Positions 19,725 to 28,035 of a stretch of 64,000 bases of DNA are shown here, in pieces. The notes under the pieces were generated by a model. That model saw nothing but the letters and a program-made list of their open reading frames with translations, was not told the origin of the DNA and did not search any database. Position 1 is the first letter of the stretch; each line of letters opens with the position of its first letter. Where the stretch lies: positions 62,001 through 126,000 of IMG/VR virus record IMGVR_UViG_3300032288_004964; one strand, given 5' to 3'. The translations under genes and the position numbers were made by a program.

Positions 19725-19743
19725 TATAAATAAAATAGAAATT

Positions 19744-19777
19744 AATAAAAGTGGTACTTATTAGTACCACTTTTATT
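19744..19777 (+). terminator. Intrinsic terminator
   Basis: AATAAAAGTGGTACT..AGTACCACTTTTATT. Confidence 0.85.
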
Positions 19778-19790
19778 ATATATACTAATA

Positions 19791-19994
19791 ATGAATTCAA
19801 TACATGTTACATCTAAAACAAGTTCTATTAGAGCTACTTGGACTCGTGAATTATCAGAGGATTTGAATATGTATCATGGGTTGGATTTTGAAGATGAGCT
19901 ATCTCAAATTCTAAAGAAAGAACTACTAAAAGAAAGATGTAGTGATAGAAAAAAATCTATTAATAAAATTTTCAAACTACAAAAAACATCATAG
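19791..19994 (+). CDS. Mini-protein: major capsid (gp23-like) fragment plus basic tag
   Basis: VTSKTSSIRATWTRELSEDLNMYHGLDFEDELSQIL matches the gp23 block VxAKxRxLKAxWxxELAQDLxAxHGLDAExEL..IL. Confidence 0.65.
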   Translation: MNSIHVTSKTSSIRATWTRELSEDLNMYHGLDFEDELSQILKKELLKERCSDRKKSINKIFKLQKTS

Positions 19995-20014
19995 TAAATT
20001 TTGATATAAATACT

Positions 20015-21253
20015 ATGAATGTACTCAGTGTTGTTAATTACTCTAAAATAAATCCCAATATATCAGTTATTAAATCTAAACTAGAAAACAAAAACAATAG
20101 TTTACAATTTCTTCCTCAAATTTTAGATAATTTATCAAAAGATAAAAACTTTAATTATAAAAATCAAAAATTAAAATCAGCTTATGCAATAGATATTGTT
20201 CATAATTTGATTTTAAAATATTATTTCAAAAAAGAAAATAAATTTCATTTACTAGCAACTATTCTTAAAGAGAAGTATGGTTATCTTTATAACTACTACA
20301 TTGATTACTTAATTGAGAGAAATATTATATTACTTCTTTCAAATCACCAGAAAGGTAAAAGTTCAAGAGTGTATTCGATAAATGAATCAGTTCTTAGAGG
20401 CAAAATCACAAGATATAATAATAAAGACAAAGTACTCCTAAAGAAGTATAAATCTAAAGTATCTCAAATAGAAGAAAATGATATTGAAAGTTCTTTAATA
20501 GATGTTGATATTAAAAGAAAACTAGTTAGTGATTTATTTGGTATTCAAATAGAATTTGATAGGTCAATTTTCTATTTAGATAGTCTTAAAAATGAAGATA
20601 TGGATATTTATAATAGAAATAAATATTCAGTAGAATGTGTTAAAGAAGGTCATATATTTTATCACTTTGATAATTATGGCAGAATGCACACTAACTTTAC
20701 TATACTTAAGGCTTTTATTAGAAAGAATTGTTTATTAATTGATGGTGAAGAAACTTGTGAAATGGATATTAAAAATAGTCAGCCTCTTTTCTTATCAAAA
20801 TTAATACAAGATAGTAATACAAAGTGGGTTGATAAAGATGAATTTGAGTTATTCAAGAGTCTAACTATTAACGGTAACTTCTATCAATATATTATGGATA
20901 ACATTAAAACAAAAGATAGAGGTATGGTTAAAGAATTAACATATAAAGTTCTCTTTGGTAGAAATGGTGCTACTAGCAAAGCTGATAAGATATTTATTAG
21001 TTTATTTCCCACAATACATAACTTTATTAAGTTATATAAAAAAGATCATAATGATTATAAAATATTAGCCTATGATTTACAAAAAGCTGAATCTAGTTTA
21101 ATATTCAATAAGATAATTAGACAAGTTATGAACTTATATCCAGATATTAAGATTGTTACAGTTCATGATAGTATAATTGTACCTAAAAAAAATAAAGAAG
21201 AGGTTTTGGCTATTTTTCAAACTAAACTTTATGAAGAATTCGGATTAATATAG
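20015..21253 (+). CDS. Minimal family-A polymerase-like protein
   Basis: GRMHT, motif A DIKNSQP, motif B R..VK...Y.VLFG, LQKAES, motif C VHDS. Confidence 0.6.
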   Translation: MNVLSVVNYSKINPNISVIKSKLENKNNSLQFLPQILDNLSKDKNFNYKNQKLKSAYAIDIVHNLILKYYFKKENKFHLLATILKEKYGYLYNYYIDYLIERNIILLLSNHQKGKSSRVYSINESVLRGKITRYNNKDKVLLKKYKSKVSQIEENDIESSLIDVDIKRKLVSDLFGIQIEFDRSIFYLDSLKNEDMDIYNRNKYSVECVKEGHIFYHFDNYGRMHTNFTILKAFIRKNCLLIDGEETCEMDIKNSQPLFLSKLIQDSNTKWVDKDEFELFKSLTINGNFYQYIMDNIKTKDRGMVKELTYKVLFGRNGATSKADKIFISLFPTIHNFIKLYKKDHNDYKILAYDLQKAESSLIFNKIIRQVMNLYPDIKIVTVHDSIIVPKKNKEEVLAIFQTKLYEEFGLI

Positions 21254-21254
21254 T

Positions 21255-22211
21255 ATGAAAAAGATTTTATTTCTATGTGCTCAACCAGATGTACCTTATT
21301 TTCATTGGCAGGTTGAGGTTATGATTCATAACTTTATGAAAGTTGGAATAAATCCAAATCATATTGAGATTTTATTTTCATATGATTCATCTCCATCTAA
21401 TCAAGGCAGAGAACTAGCCAGTAGATATCCTTATGTTAGATTCTTCTTTTACAAAAGAACAATTTTAGATAATGGTGGTTATATACCTATACTTAGACCA
21501 GATATCATAGAACAACATTTTATGAGTTATCCAGAGTTATCTAATGAAACTATTTTTTATCATGATTCGGATATTGTATTCAGAGAACTTCCAGATTTTA
21601 ATTCTATGAATAATGATGATATATGGTACCTAAGTGATACTATATCTTATATATGTGCTGATTATATAAAATCTAAATCAACTGAATTATTTATTGAGAT
21701 GTGTAGAATATCCGATATTGATCCTCAATTAGTAGAATCAAATAATTCTAATTCAGGTGGTGCTCAGTATCTAATGAAAGGTGTTGATTCTGAATATTGG
21801 AGAGAAGTTAAAGAAAAGGCTTTAGCTTTATATAAATATATGTCTAATAGAGAAAACATTGAAAGAAGGTCATTAACACCTGAAAAACTAGTTAATTATA
21901 ATCCTATACAAAAATGGTGTGCTGATATGTGGGCTGTCCTATGGATGTCTCTAAAAAGAGGAAATAAAGTTCAAATATCCAAAGAGTTAAATTTTAGTTG
22001 GGGAACATCACCAATTTCCGATTATAATTCATGTAAGATATTTCATAATGCTGGTGTTACAACATCTAGTGGTGGTTTATTTTATAAAGGCGAGTTTATT
22101 AATAAGAATCCATTTGAAGAGGATCTTTCCTTTGTTAAAAAAGACACCGCATCTTTTAAATATGTAGAGGCAATTTTATATGCTAAAGATATGAGAAATA
22201 AGCCTTTATAG
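21255..22211 (+). CDS. GT-A glycosyltransferase resembling peptidyl O-glycosyltransferases
   Basis: YFHWQ, Y.P.LRP, DSD (DxD), GGAQY, WCADMWA. Confidence 0.6.
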   Translation: MKKILFLCAQPDVPYFHWQVEVMIHNFMKVGINPNHIEILFSYDSSPSNQGRELASRYPYVRFFFYKRTILDNGGYIPILRPDIIEQHFMSYPELSNETIFYHDSDIVFRELPDFNSMNNDDIWYLSDTISYICADYIKSKSTELFIEMCRISDIDPQLVESNNSNSGGAQYLMKGVDSEYWREVKEKALALYKYMSNRENIERRSLTPEKLVNYNPIQKWCADMWAVLWMSLKRGNKVQISKELNFSWGTSPISDYNSCKIFHNAGVTTSSGGLFYKGEFINKNPFEEDLSFVKKDTASFKYVEAILYAKDMRNKPL

Positions 22212-22235
22212 TTTTTTAAATAAATATATACCTTT

Positions 22236-22385
22236 GTGAAAAGGTTTTATCTAAAATATAAACATGAGACTATAAATGTAGTTGATTTGAATACTTTAGA
22301 AGAAGCTATTTCCTATTTCAGTAAGATAAAAAAATTATCTGTAAGTAATTTGTTGAAAATCTATATTGTCACAGACCAACATTAG
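22236..22385 (+). CDS. Small 49-aa protein (not in ORF track)
   Basis: GTG start after AAATATATA; MKRFYLKYKHETINVVDLNTLEEAISYFSKIKKL... Confidence 0.5.
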   Translation: MKRFYLKYKHETINVVDLNTLEEAISYFSKIKKLSVSNLLKIYIVTDQH

Positions 22386-22403
22386 ACTTTTAATATATAC
22401 ATA

Positions 22404-22940
22404 ATGAATCTTCAAGGTCAAAATATATCTTATGTTATTTTATCATCCGATAGATTAGATGATATGATTTCTATTCTTTATGCTAAAGAATATCAAGTAA
22501 TTCCGATTAAAGGATATTATAGGGGTCAATATGAGGATTCGGTTATGGCTTTTGGTATGGTTGATAATGATAATTTAAGAAAAGATGTTTTATTTTTATT
22601 AAATCATTTTCATCAGGATTGTGCGATTATAAAATACTTAGGTGAACCATCAGCTAGAAAGATTTTTAAAGATGGATCCGAAAAACCACTTGGTATAGTA
22701 ATGTATAATACCGATGCTGAGAATGTTTCTTACTTATACAATGGTCATTCATTCTCATTTATAGAACAAGTTAGATATTGGAAACCTACTAAGAAAGAAG
22801 ATTTCAGAGTGGGTATGATTGTTGAGTATTTTAATAAAGATAAATGGTATGAGAGATTAGTTGAGAATCCTCATGATGAGTATGAAAAACTTTATAAATT
22901 ACTTATAAAGTATGATAAAGTTAGAGTAGCCTCTAAATAA
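22404..22940 (+). CDS. Hypothetical protein
   Basis: G.Y.GQ.EDS, F.QDC motifs; AATATATA promoter. Confidence 0.6.
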   Translation: MNLQGQNISYVILSSDRLDDMISILYAKEYQVIPIKGYYRGQYEDSVMAFGMVDNDNLRKDVLFLLNHFHQDCAIIKYLGEPSARKIFKDGSEKPLGIVMYNTDAENVSYLYNGHSFSFIEQVRYWKPTKKEDFRVGMIVEYFNKDKWYERLVENPHDEYEKLYKLLIKYDKVRVASK

Positions 22941-23721
22941 TCTCAAACCACTTTATACACCTTTCCCAAGACCCTGGAGTTTCTGACATAAAATAAGTAG
23001 AATCACTTATATTATTAATAACATTTAAACCTATTTCTGGTTTATTTATATTTCTCATCAATATAACCTTTTTAGGATTAATCAAATGAGATGGTATGAT
23101 ATCAATTCCTGATATATTACCAGTTACTGTTGTTCCATTATTTTGAATAGTAAATGTATTACTTTTCAATAAATACATATAAACATCTAAACCAACCAAC
23201 ATTGAATTAGCTGGTCCTATTCTGCTATCCATAGCAATCATACTATTCAACATCATTATCTTAGATACTATTTTTCTAAAATTAGAATTATCATTATCAT
23301 AACTTGATAAAGTAGGATCATTCTTAATAGTGACATTCATACTTTGATTATTAGATGAAGTCATTGGATTTAAAGTCAATGATTCTAGCTTTTTTACTAT
23401 ATCATAATAAAGTGATTGATTATCTATCAGTTTTTGAGATTTAACAGTCAAACTTTTCATTTGAGTTGATACAGACATTATATAACTTTCTTCTTCTAAT
23501 CCCCATTCATTTGACTCTTTTTCATTATTCCATTCATCAACTTTATTCTCAAGAATTGCGTCAATTGTTAAATCTCTTCTTTTACTTTTCAGAATATTTT
23601 TATAATCTTCTGTGTCAGAATAAACATATTCTAAATAGTAAATAATCCCGCTAGGTAAAGATGGTTTTGAATTTTCTGAGTAATTACAGACTTTTTCTAA
23701 ATCATATCGAGTAACTGTCAT
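22933..23721 (-). CDS. Protein with major-capsid C-terminal-like segment
   Basis: KI...NSMIA..SRIGPANSMLVG...G.ISGI resembles gp23 N.IA..TRRG.gNf; also RRDLTIDAIL tag. Confidence 0.45.
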   Translation of the reverse strand: MTVTRYDLEKVCNYSENSKPSLPSGIIYYLEYVYSDTEDYKNILKSKRRDLTIDAILENKVDEWNNEKESNEWGLEEESYIMSVSTQMKSLTVKSQKLIDNQSLYYDIVKKLESLTLNPMTSSNNQSMNVTIKNDPTLSSYDNDNSNFRKIVSKIMMLNSMIAMDSRIGPANSMLVGLDVYMYLLKSNTFTIQNNGTTVTGNISGIDIIPSHLINPKKVILMRNINKPEIGLNVINNISDSTYFMSETPGSWERCIKWFEII

Positions 23722-24469
23722 ACTTATTCTTCATTCCATTTTTCTGAGCTTGTGCGTTAGACATCTTCATTATTTCATCTTTACTCATTGCTGATGTTTT
23801 TTGCAATAATTCTAGGTTTCTCTGATAGTATTTCATATCAGGTGCTGTTCTTGAATGATATAAGTGATAACATTTATTAGGAAGTTCAATCCAATTTAAG
23901 AAGTGTTTAACTTTTAGAGATACAAAATCATCTTCAGCTCCCCATCCAACGAATGATTCGTTCCATCCACCAATTCTCATGATGGCATCTTTTCTAAACA
24001 CACAGATACCACCACAAAGAGGAACCTTTTGATGGTCTAATTCGCCTCTACCAGGTCTATTAATTTGTAGTATTTGTTCAAATCTTAATCCAGATTCATT
24101 TTGGTCTAAATCAATAACTGATTTATATGGATTCACCATTTCATATTGTTCTATTGCTTTAAGAGATTCTATAAATTGATTAGGATCCATTATTAAATCA
24201 GAATCTGCAAAAACTATGATATTTGAGTTTGAGTTTTTAATTGCTACATTAAATCCCCAAGATTTATTATAAGGTAATGTTGATTTTAAGAAAATATGTT
24301 TAGCTTTAAGATTTAAGTGTGATATTTTTGAATGTTTATCTTGTTCAACTATAATAACTTCAGACCCGACAAATCCATTTACCCAGTCTAATGTTTTTCT
24401 TAGATTTTGTAATCTATCTGGTGAGTGTCTGTAACCTATTACATAAGTAAAAGCATGTGTATAATTCAT
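23702..24469 (-). CDS. Glycosyltransferase GT2/GT7-like
   Basis: IIVEQD, YNKSWGFN, DSD, GGWNESFVGWGAEDD, HLYH. Confidence 0.85.
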   Translation of the reverse strand: MNYTHAFTYVIGYRHSPDRLQNLRKTLDWVNGFVGSEVIIVEQDKHSKISHLNLKAKHIFLKSTLPYNKSWGFNVAIKNSNSNIIVFADSDLIMDPNQFIESLKAIEQYEMVNPYKSVIDLDQNESGLRFEQILQINRPGRGELDHQKVPLCGGICVFRKDAIMRIGGWNESFVGWGAEDDFVSLKVKHFLNWIELPNKCYHLYHSRTAPDMKYYQRNLELLQKTSAMSKDEIMKMSNAQAQKNGMKNKYDSYSI

Positions 24470-24488
24470 TAATGATATTATTTTTTAA

Positions 24489-25217
24489 TTATACTATAGA
24501 TATGTTGATTTGTTTTGATTCTATAAACTTTTTCACATCTAACTTTCCACTTTTTTCAGAACTATAGAAATTAGACAATGGTAGTGTTTTATCATATCCA
24601 AGTAAATCCACAATTATATCATTATATAGCGATTCACCAAATTTAAGCCAAATGTTATAATCATAATTTGTCTCATGTGTTGTGTGATATATCAGTTCAT
24701 CTTTTATATGATATAGATTTAGACCATTTTTAACACAAGATATTGGAACCCAGTAGTCCCACCAAGGCATTCCAATTACATACTTGTCATTTTTAAAAAT
24801 GTTTGTATATTTAGAATCAAATATAAAGATATCATATCCATATATAAATGGATATTTTTTATCACCATCTAATTCATATCTAGTTCCTATAAAAACTCCA
24901 TTCTTTAGGTATCTTTTATTTATGTTAATTTCACTATCCTCTTTTAATTTAATATCTGAATTTATTATAGCAACTATACCTGATGATTTTTCTTCTATAG
25001 CTTCTAATATAGCGTCCAGCTTAATAAGTCTTTTATTTTTATAATTAAATGTATTATTCGTTTCTATAAATATTACATTAGGATATATATCTTTTATTTT
25101 TTCAATTTCTTCTTTTAGGTTAACTGAATAAACTTGATAATACTTAGACCAAGTATTAATTGAATGACTTTGAACTTCAAAGTTTCCATATGGATTTATT
25201 GTTGTAAATATTTTCAC
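24489..25217 (-). CDS. Putative glycosyltransferase
   Basis: IINSDI, GYDIFIF, IGMPWWDYW, H..H; same domain as C-half of 28032..30125. Confidence 0.55.
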   Translation of the reverse strand: MKIFTTINPYGNFEVQSHSINTWSKYYQVYSVNLKEEIEKIKDIYPNVIFIETNNTFNYKNKRLIKLDAILEAIEEKSSGIVAIINSDIKLKEDSEININKRYLKNGVFIGTRYELDGDKKYPFIYGYDIFIFDSKYTNIFKNDKYVIGMPWWDYWVPISCVKNGLNLYHIKDELIYHTTHETNYDYNIWLKFGESLYNDIIVDLLGYDKTLPLSNFYSSEKSGKLDVKKFIESKQINISIV

Positions 25218-25260
25218 ATATTATATATTCAAAGACTTCTTGTTTGTAATATATAAATAC

Positions 25261-25869
25261 ATGAATATTATTTCCTTTCCTAGAAGTGGACAACATTTGA
25301 TAGAGAGTGTATTAAGACACTTATGTTTACAACATAACATTGATTTTACTTACTGTGAATATTATGGTTGTTGTAATACAATTCCATGTTCAAAAGGATA
25401 TTTAGTTAGTAAAAACCATGATTTTTCCTTGAACTTAGAGATAAAAAAGGATGTTAAATACATTTTACTTTATAGATCTGATATGATATTACAACTAGAA
25501 TCTTATTATAGATTTGCGATTAGAAATAAAGATGTGGAATACAACTATAATGACCTATTAAACTTCATAAAATCTAATACTAACTATTATAATAAATTTT
25601 TAAAAAAATGGGTAGAAAACAGTTATGATAATATAGTTAAAGTAGAGTATTATGATTTTGTTAATTATCCTGTTAAATATTCTAAAATAATTTTTAATCA
25701 CTTTTTTCCAAATTGTGAAATAAAGGAAGATGTATTTAATGATTTACCTAATTTGTACCTATCTATACATAGAGGATTTAAATCAACTAATTTGAATAGC
25801 AAAATTCAAATTTTGAATAAAATGAATGATGATTTGTATAATAGAATAAAATTAGACTTAATCGACTAA
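25261..25869 (+). CDS. Sulfotransferase-like protein
   Basis: PAPS-binding loop ISFPRSG, K.HD, LYR...S, V.YYDFV..P. Confidence 0.65.
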   Translation: MNIISFPRSGQHLIESVLRHLCLQHNIDFTYCEYYGCCNTIPCSKGYLVSKNHDFSLNLEIKKDVKYILLYRSDMILQLESYYRFAIRNKDVEYNYNDLLNFIKSNTNYYNKFLKKWVENSYDNIVKVEYYDFVNYPVKYSKIIFNHFFPNCEIKEDVFNDLPNLYLSIHRGFKSTNLNSKIQILNKMNDDLYNRIKLDLID

Positions 25870-26430
25870 TTTTTGAAAAATACATTTTTTATATTCTATA
25901 TTAGTTTTCATATTTTCTTTTGTGAATTTATGAACAAATCCAGACTCTGAAAATTCACTAACCGGTTTATATTTTTTTGAAACTTCAGTATCTTCAAACA
26001 TAAAGTTTGAGTTGTATATCACAATAAACCCATCTTTATTTAATTTCTCATCTAACCGAATGATAATATCATTAAATTGATTAAAGTTATAAATATCAGT
26101 TGAGTTATTAATTGATGATGTATCTGGCCATCTACAAAGTACACTCATACAGAATATGATATCAAATTTTTCATCTGGTATAATATTTGATATTTTAATT
26201 CTATCTACATTTTTAGTATATTTTTTACTAGTTTTTATTGATTTTTCATCTACTTCAACTCCAAATATCTCAGAATTGCCAAAAAACATAGCTAGTGTTA
26301 CTAATTCTTCACCACTTGAGCTACCAAAGCTTAGAATCTTACAGTTATATTTCTTTCTATTATCATAACAAAATTTAAATATATCAGGGTATCTATTTAT
26401 ACCGGTAGTTGTCATTTTTTGATGTAACAT
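25858..26430 (-). CDS. SAM-dependent methyltransferase
   Basis: ILSFGSSSGEE, GVEVD, FDIIFCMSVL. Confidence 0.7.
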   Translation of the reverse strand: MLHQKMTTTGINRYPDIFKFCYDNRKKYNCKILSFGSSSGEELVTLAMFFGNSEIFGVEVDEKSIKTSKKYTKNVDRIKISNIIPDEKFDIIFCMSVLCRWPDTSSINNSTDIYNFNQFNDIIIRLDEKLNKDGFIVIYNSNFMFEDTEVSKKYKPVSEFSESGFVHKFTKENMKTNIEYKKCIFQKLVD

Positions 26431-26431
26431 A

Positions 26432-27052
26432 CTATTTATCTTTTAATATTTTTCTCATAGCTTCTGATTTAGTCATTGAATTATCTGAACAATGTTTAAA
26501 TGAGCAATGTATTAAACTTGATTCAATTGGAAAATCTTCTACTAAATTATATGATTTTATAAATTCATTTTTTTCGCTAATTAGATTCATCATAATAATC
26601 ATATCAGATGTATGTTTTTTTCCATTATAATCTATAAAATAATCTTGACCTCTTTCACAAAATATATTAAAGATATTACCATAATGTTCACTATTTCCAT
26701 AGACTAAACAAGGAACATGTCCTTGTAATATAGAAAGTGACTCATACTTAATAGCATCATTTGGAGTAAAACCATTGTTTACTACGTCATAATCCGACAT
26801 CCAACCTCCACCTATCTGACTCATAGCTTTCCACCTTATATAACAAGTTATTTCATAATCTATGTTATTTACAGTTGGTATTTTATAGATTAAGTTATAC
26901 TCTTCATCTGTTATCAACACATCTTTTTTTGTGAGAACAATTGGCTCCCATCCAAATTTAATCCAGGAACATTTCCATAAGTCTATTAACTCTTCTTGAT
27001 TTGATCCATTATTAATAAAATCAATATTTTCATAAAATGTATATACTTTCAT
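26432..27052 (-). CDS. Putative DxD glycosyltransferase (GT32-like)
   Basis: W..SW...GW, CYIRW, GGGWMSDYDV. Confidence 0.55.
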   Translation of the reverse strand: MKVYTFYENIDFINNGSNQEELIDLWKCSWIKFGWEPIVLTKKDVLITDEEYNLIYKIPTVNNIDYEITCYIRWKAMSQIGGGWMSDYDVVNNGFTPNDAIKYESLSILQGHVPCLVYGNSEHYGNIFNIFCERGQDYFIDYNGKKHTSDMIIMMNLISEKNEFIKSYNLVEDFPIESSLIHCSFKHCSDNSMTKSEAMRKILKDK

Positions 27053-28035
27053 AATTTATCAATTATTTTTTCATAAGAGTTATATTCAAAGTTTAAATTA
27101 GATTTTAACATGAACTTCTCTATTTTATCTAACATTGATGCTTTTAAATGATTGAATTTATCAATATCTTTATTCTCAAATACCTCATAATTTATTTGAT
27201 TATTTGAATATTTTGATATATCATAAAAGTTTTTAAATAAATTGGACAATCCTTTTAGTCTCCAGTCTCCTTCCCACCAAATAAATATAACAGGTGTATC
27301 AAGAGCTAAACAAGGAAGAGCCGTGTGTAGTCTTGATGTTATTACTAAATCCGCACTATTATATTCATCTAGCAATTTTACACAAGTTTCCATAGAGTCT
27401 TTGTATGTTCCCTCTCTTAACTCATATATATCATGGTCTGTGAAGATTGCATTATCTAATATATTTTTAGGTATTCTTCCCTTCATATTATTGTAATATT
27501 GATCACTTGGTATTTCATAGATAAAGTCTTTTTTAAATTTATTTAAATTGTCTTTACCCATTTGACTAACTGGTCCGTCTCCATTCCACATTCTATCTAA
27601 TTCATTTATAATTATCTTACCTGTTTTATTTTTTGGCTTATTAGATTTTAATAATAATGTTAAACAAGATGAAAAATATGAGTTTGTGTTGATTTCTTTT
27701 AACTTTTCATATGAATTAATATCTCTTAATCCAACTTCATTTGTTTTAAAAAAATTAGGCATTTCATCAAAACATTTAGGTTGTAAGTTTACTGATATAG
27801 GTAATATGTTTCTCATATTTTCTAAATATGAGAAATCACCAACAGCTGTATTTGTCCACCCATTGTATATCATGAAACTTTTCTCATCATATTTAAAAAT
27901 ATCATTAGTCCTATCTAACCTACCATTGTCTCTGTTTATTGTATGTGTCACTTCTGGATAGAACTGTAGTGTTGCTAATGATTGAATCCAATCACCCGCG
28001 TTTATTGAGCTGTAATCTAAAGAATAATAATTCAT
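27049..28035 (-). CDS. Polysaccharide pyruvyl transferase
   Basis: NAGD.IQ, GLRD..S, VITSRLH.ALP.LA..TP. Confidence 0.8.
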   Translation of the reverse strand: MNYYSLDYSSINAGDWIQSLATLQFYPEVTHTINRDNGRLDRTNDIFKYDEKSFMIYNGWTNTAVGDFSYLENMRNILPISVNLQPKCFDEMPNFFKTNEVGLRDINSYEKLKEINTNSYFSSCLTLLLKSNKPKNKTGKIIINELDRMWNGDGPVSQMGKDNLNKFKKDFIYEIPSDQYYNNMKGRIPKNILDNAIFTDHDIYELREGTYKDSMETCVKLLDEYNSADLVITSRLHTALPCLALDTPVIFIWWEGDWRLKGLSNLFKNFYDISKYSNNQINYEVFENKDIDKFNHLKASMLDKIEKFMLKSNLNFEYNSYEKIIDKL

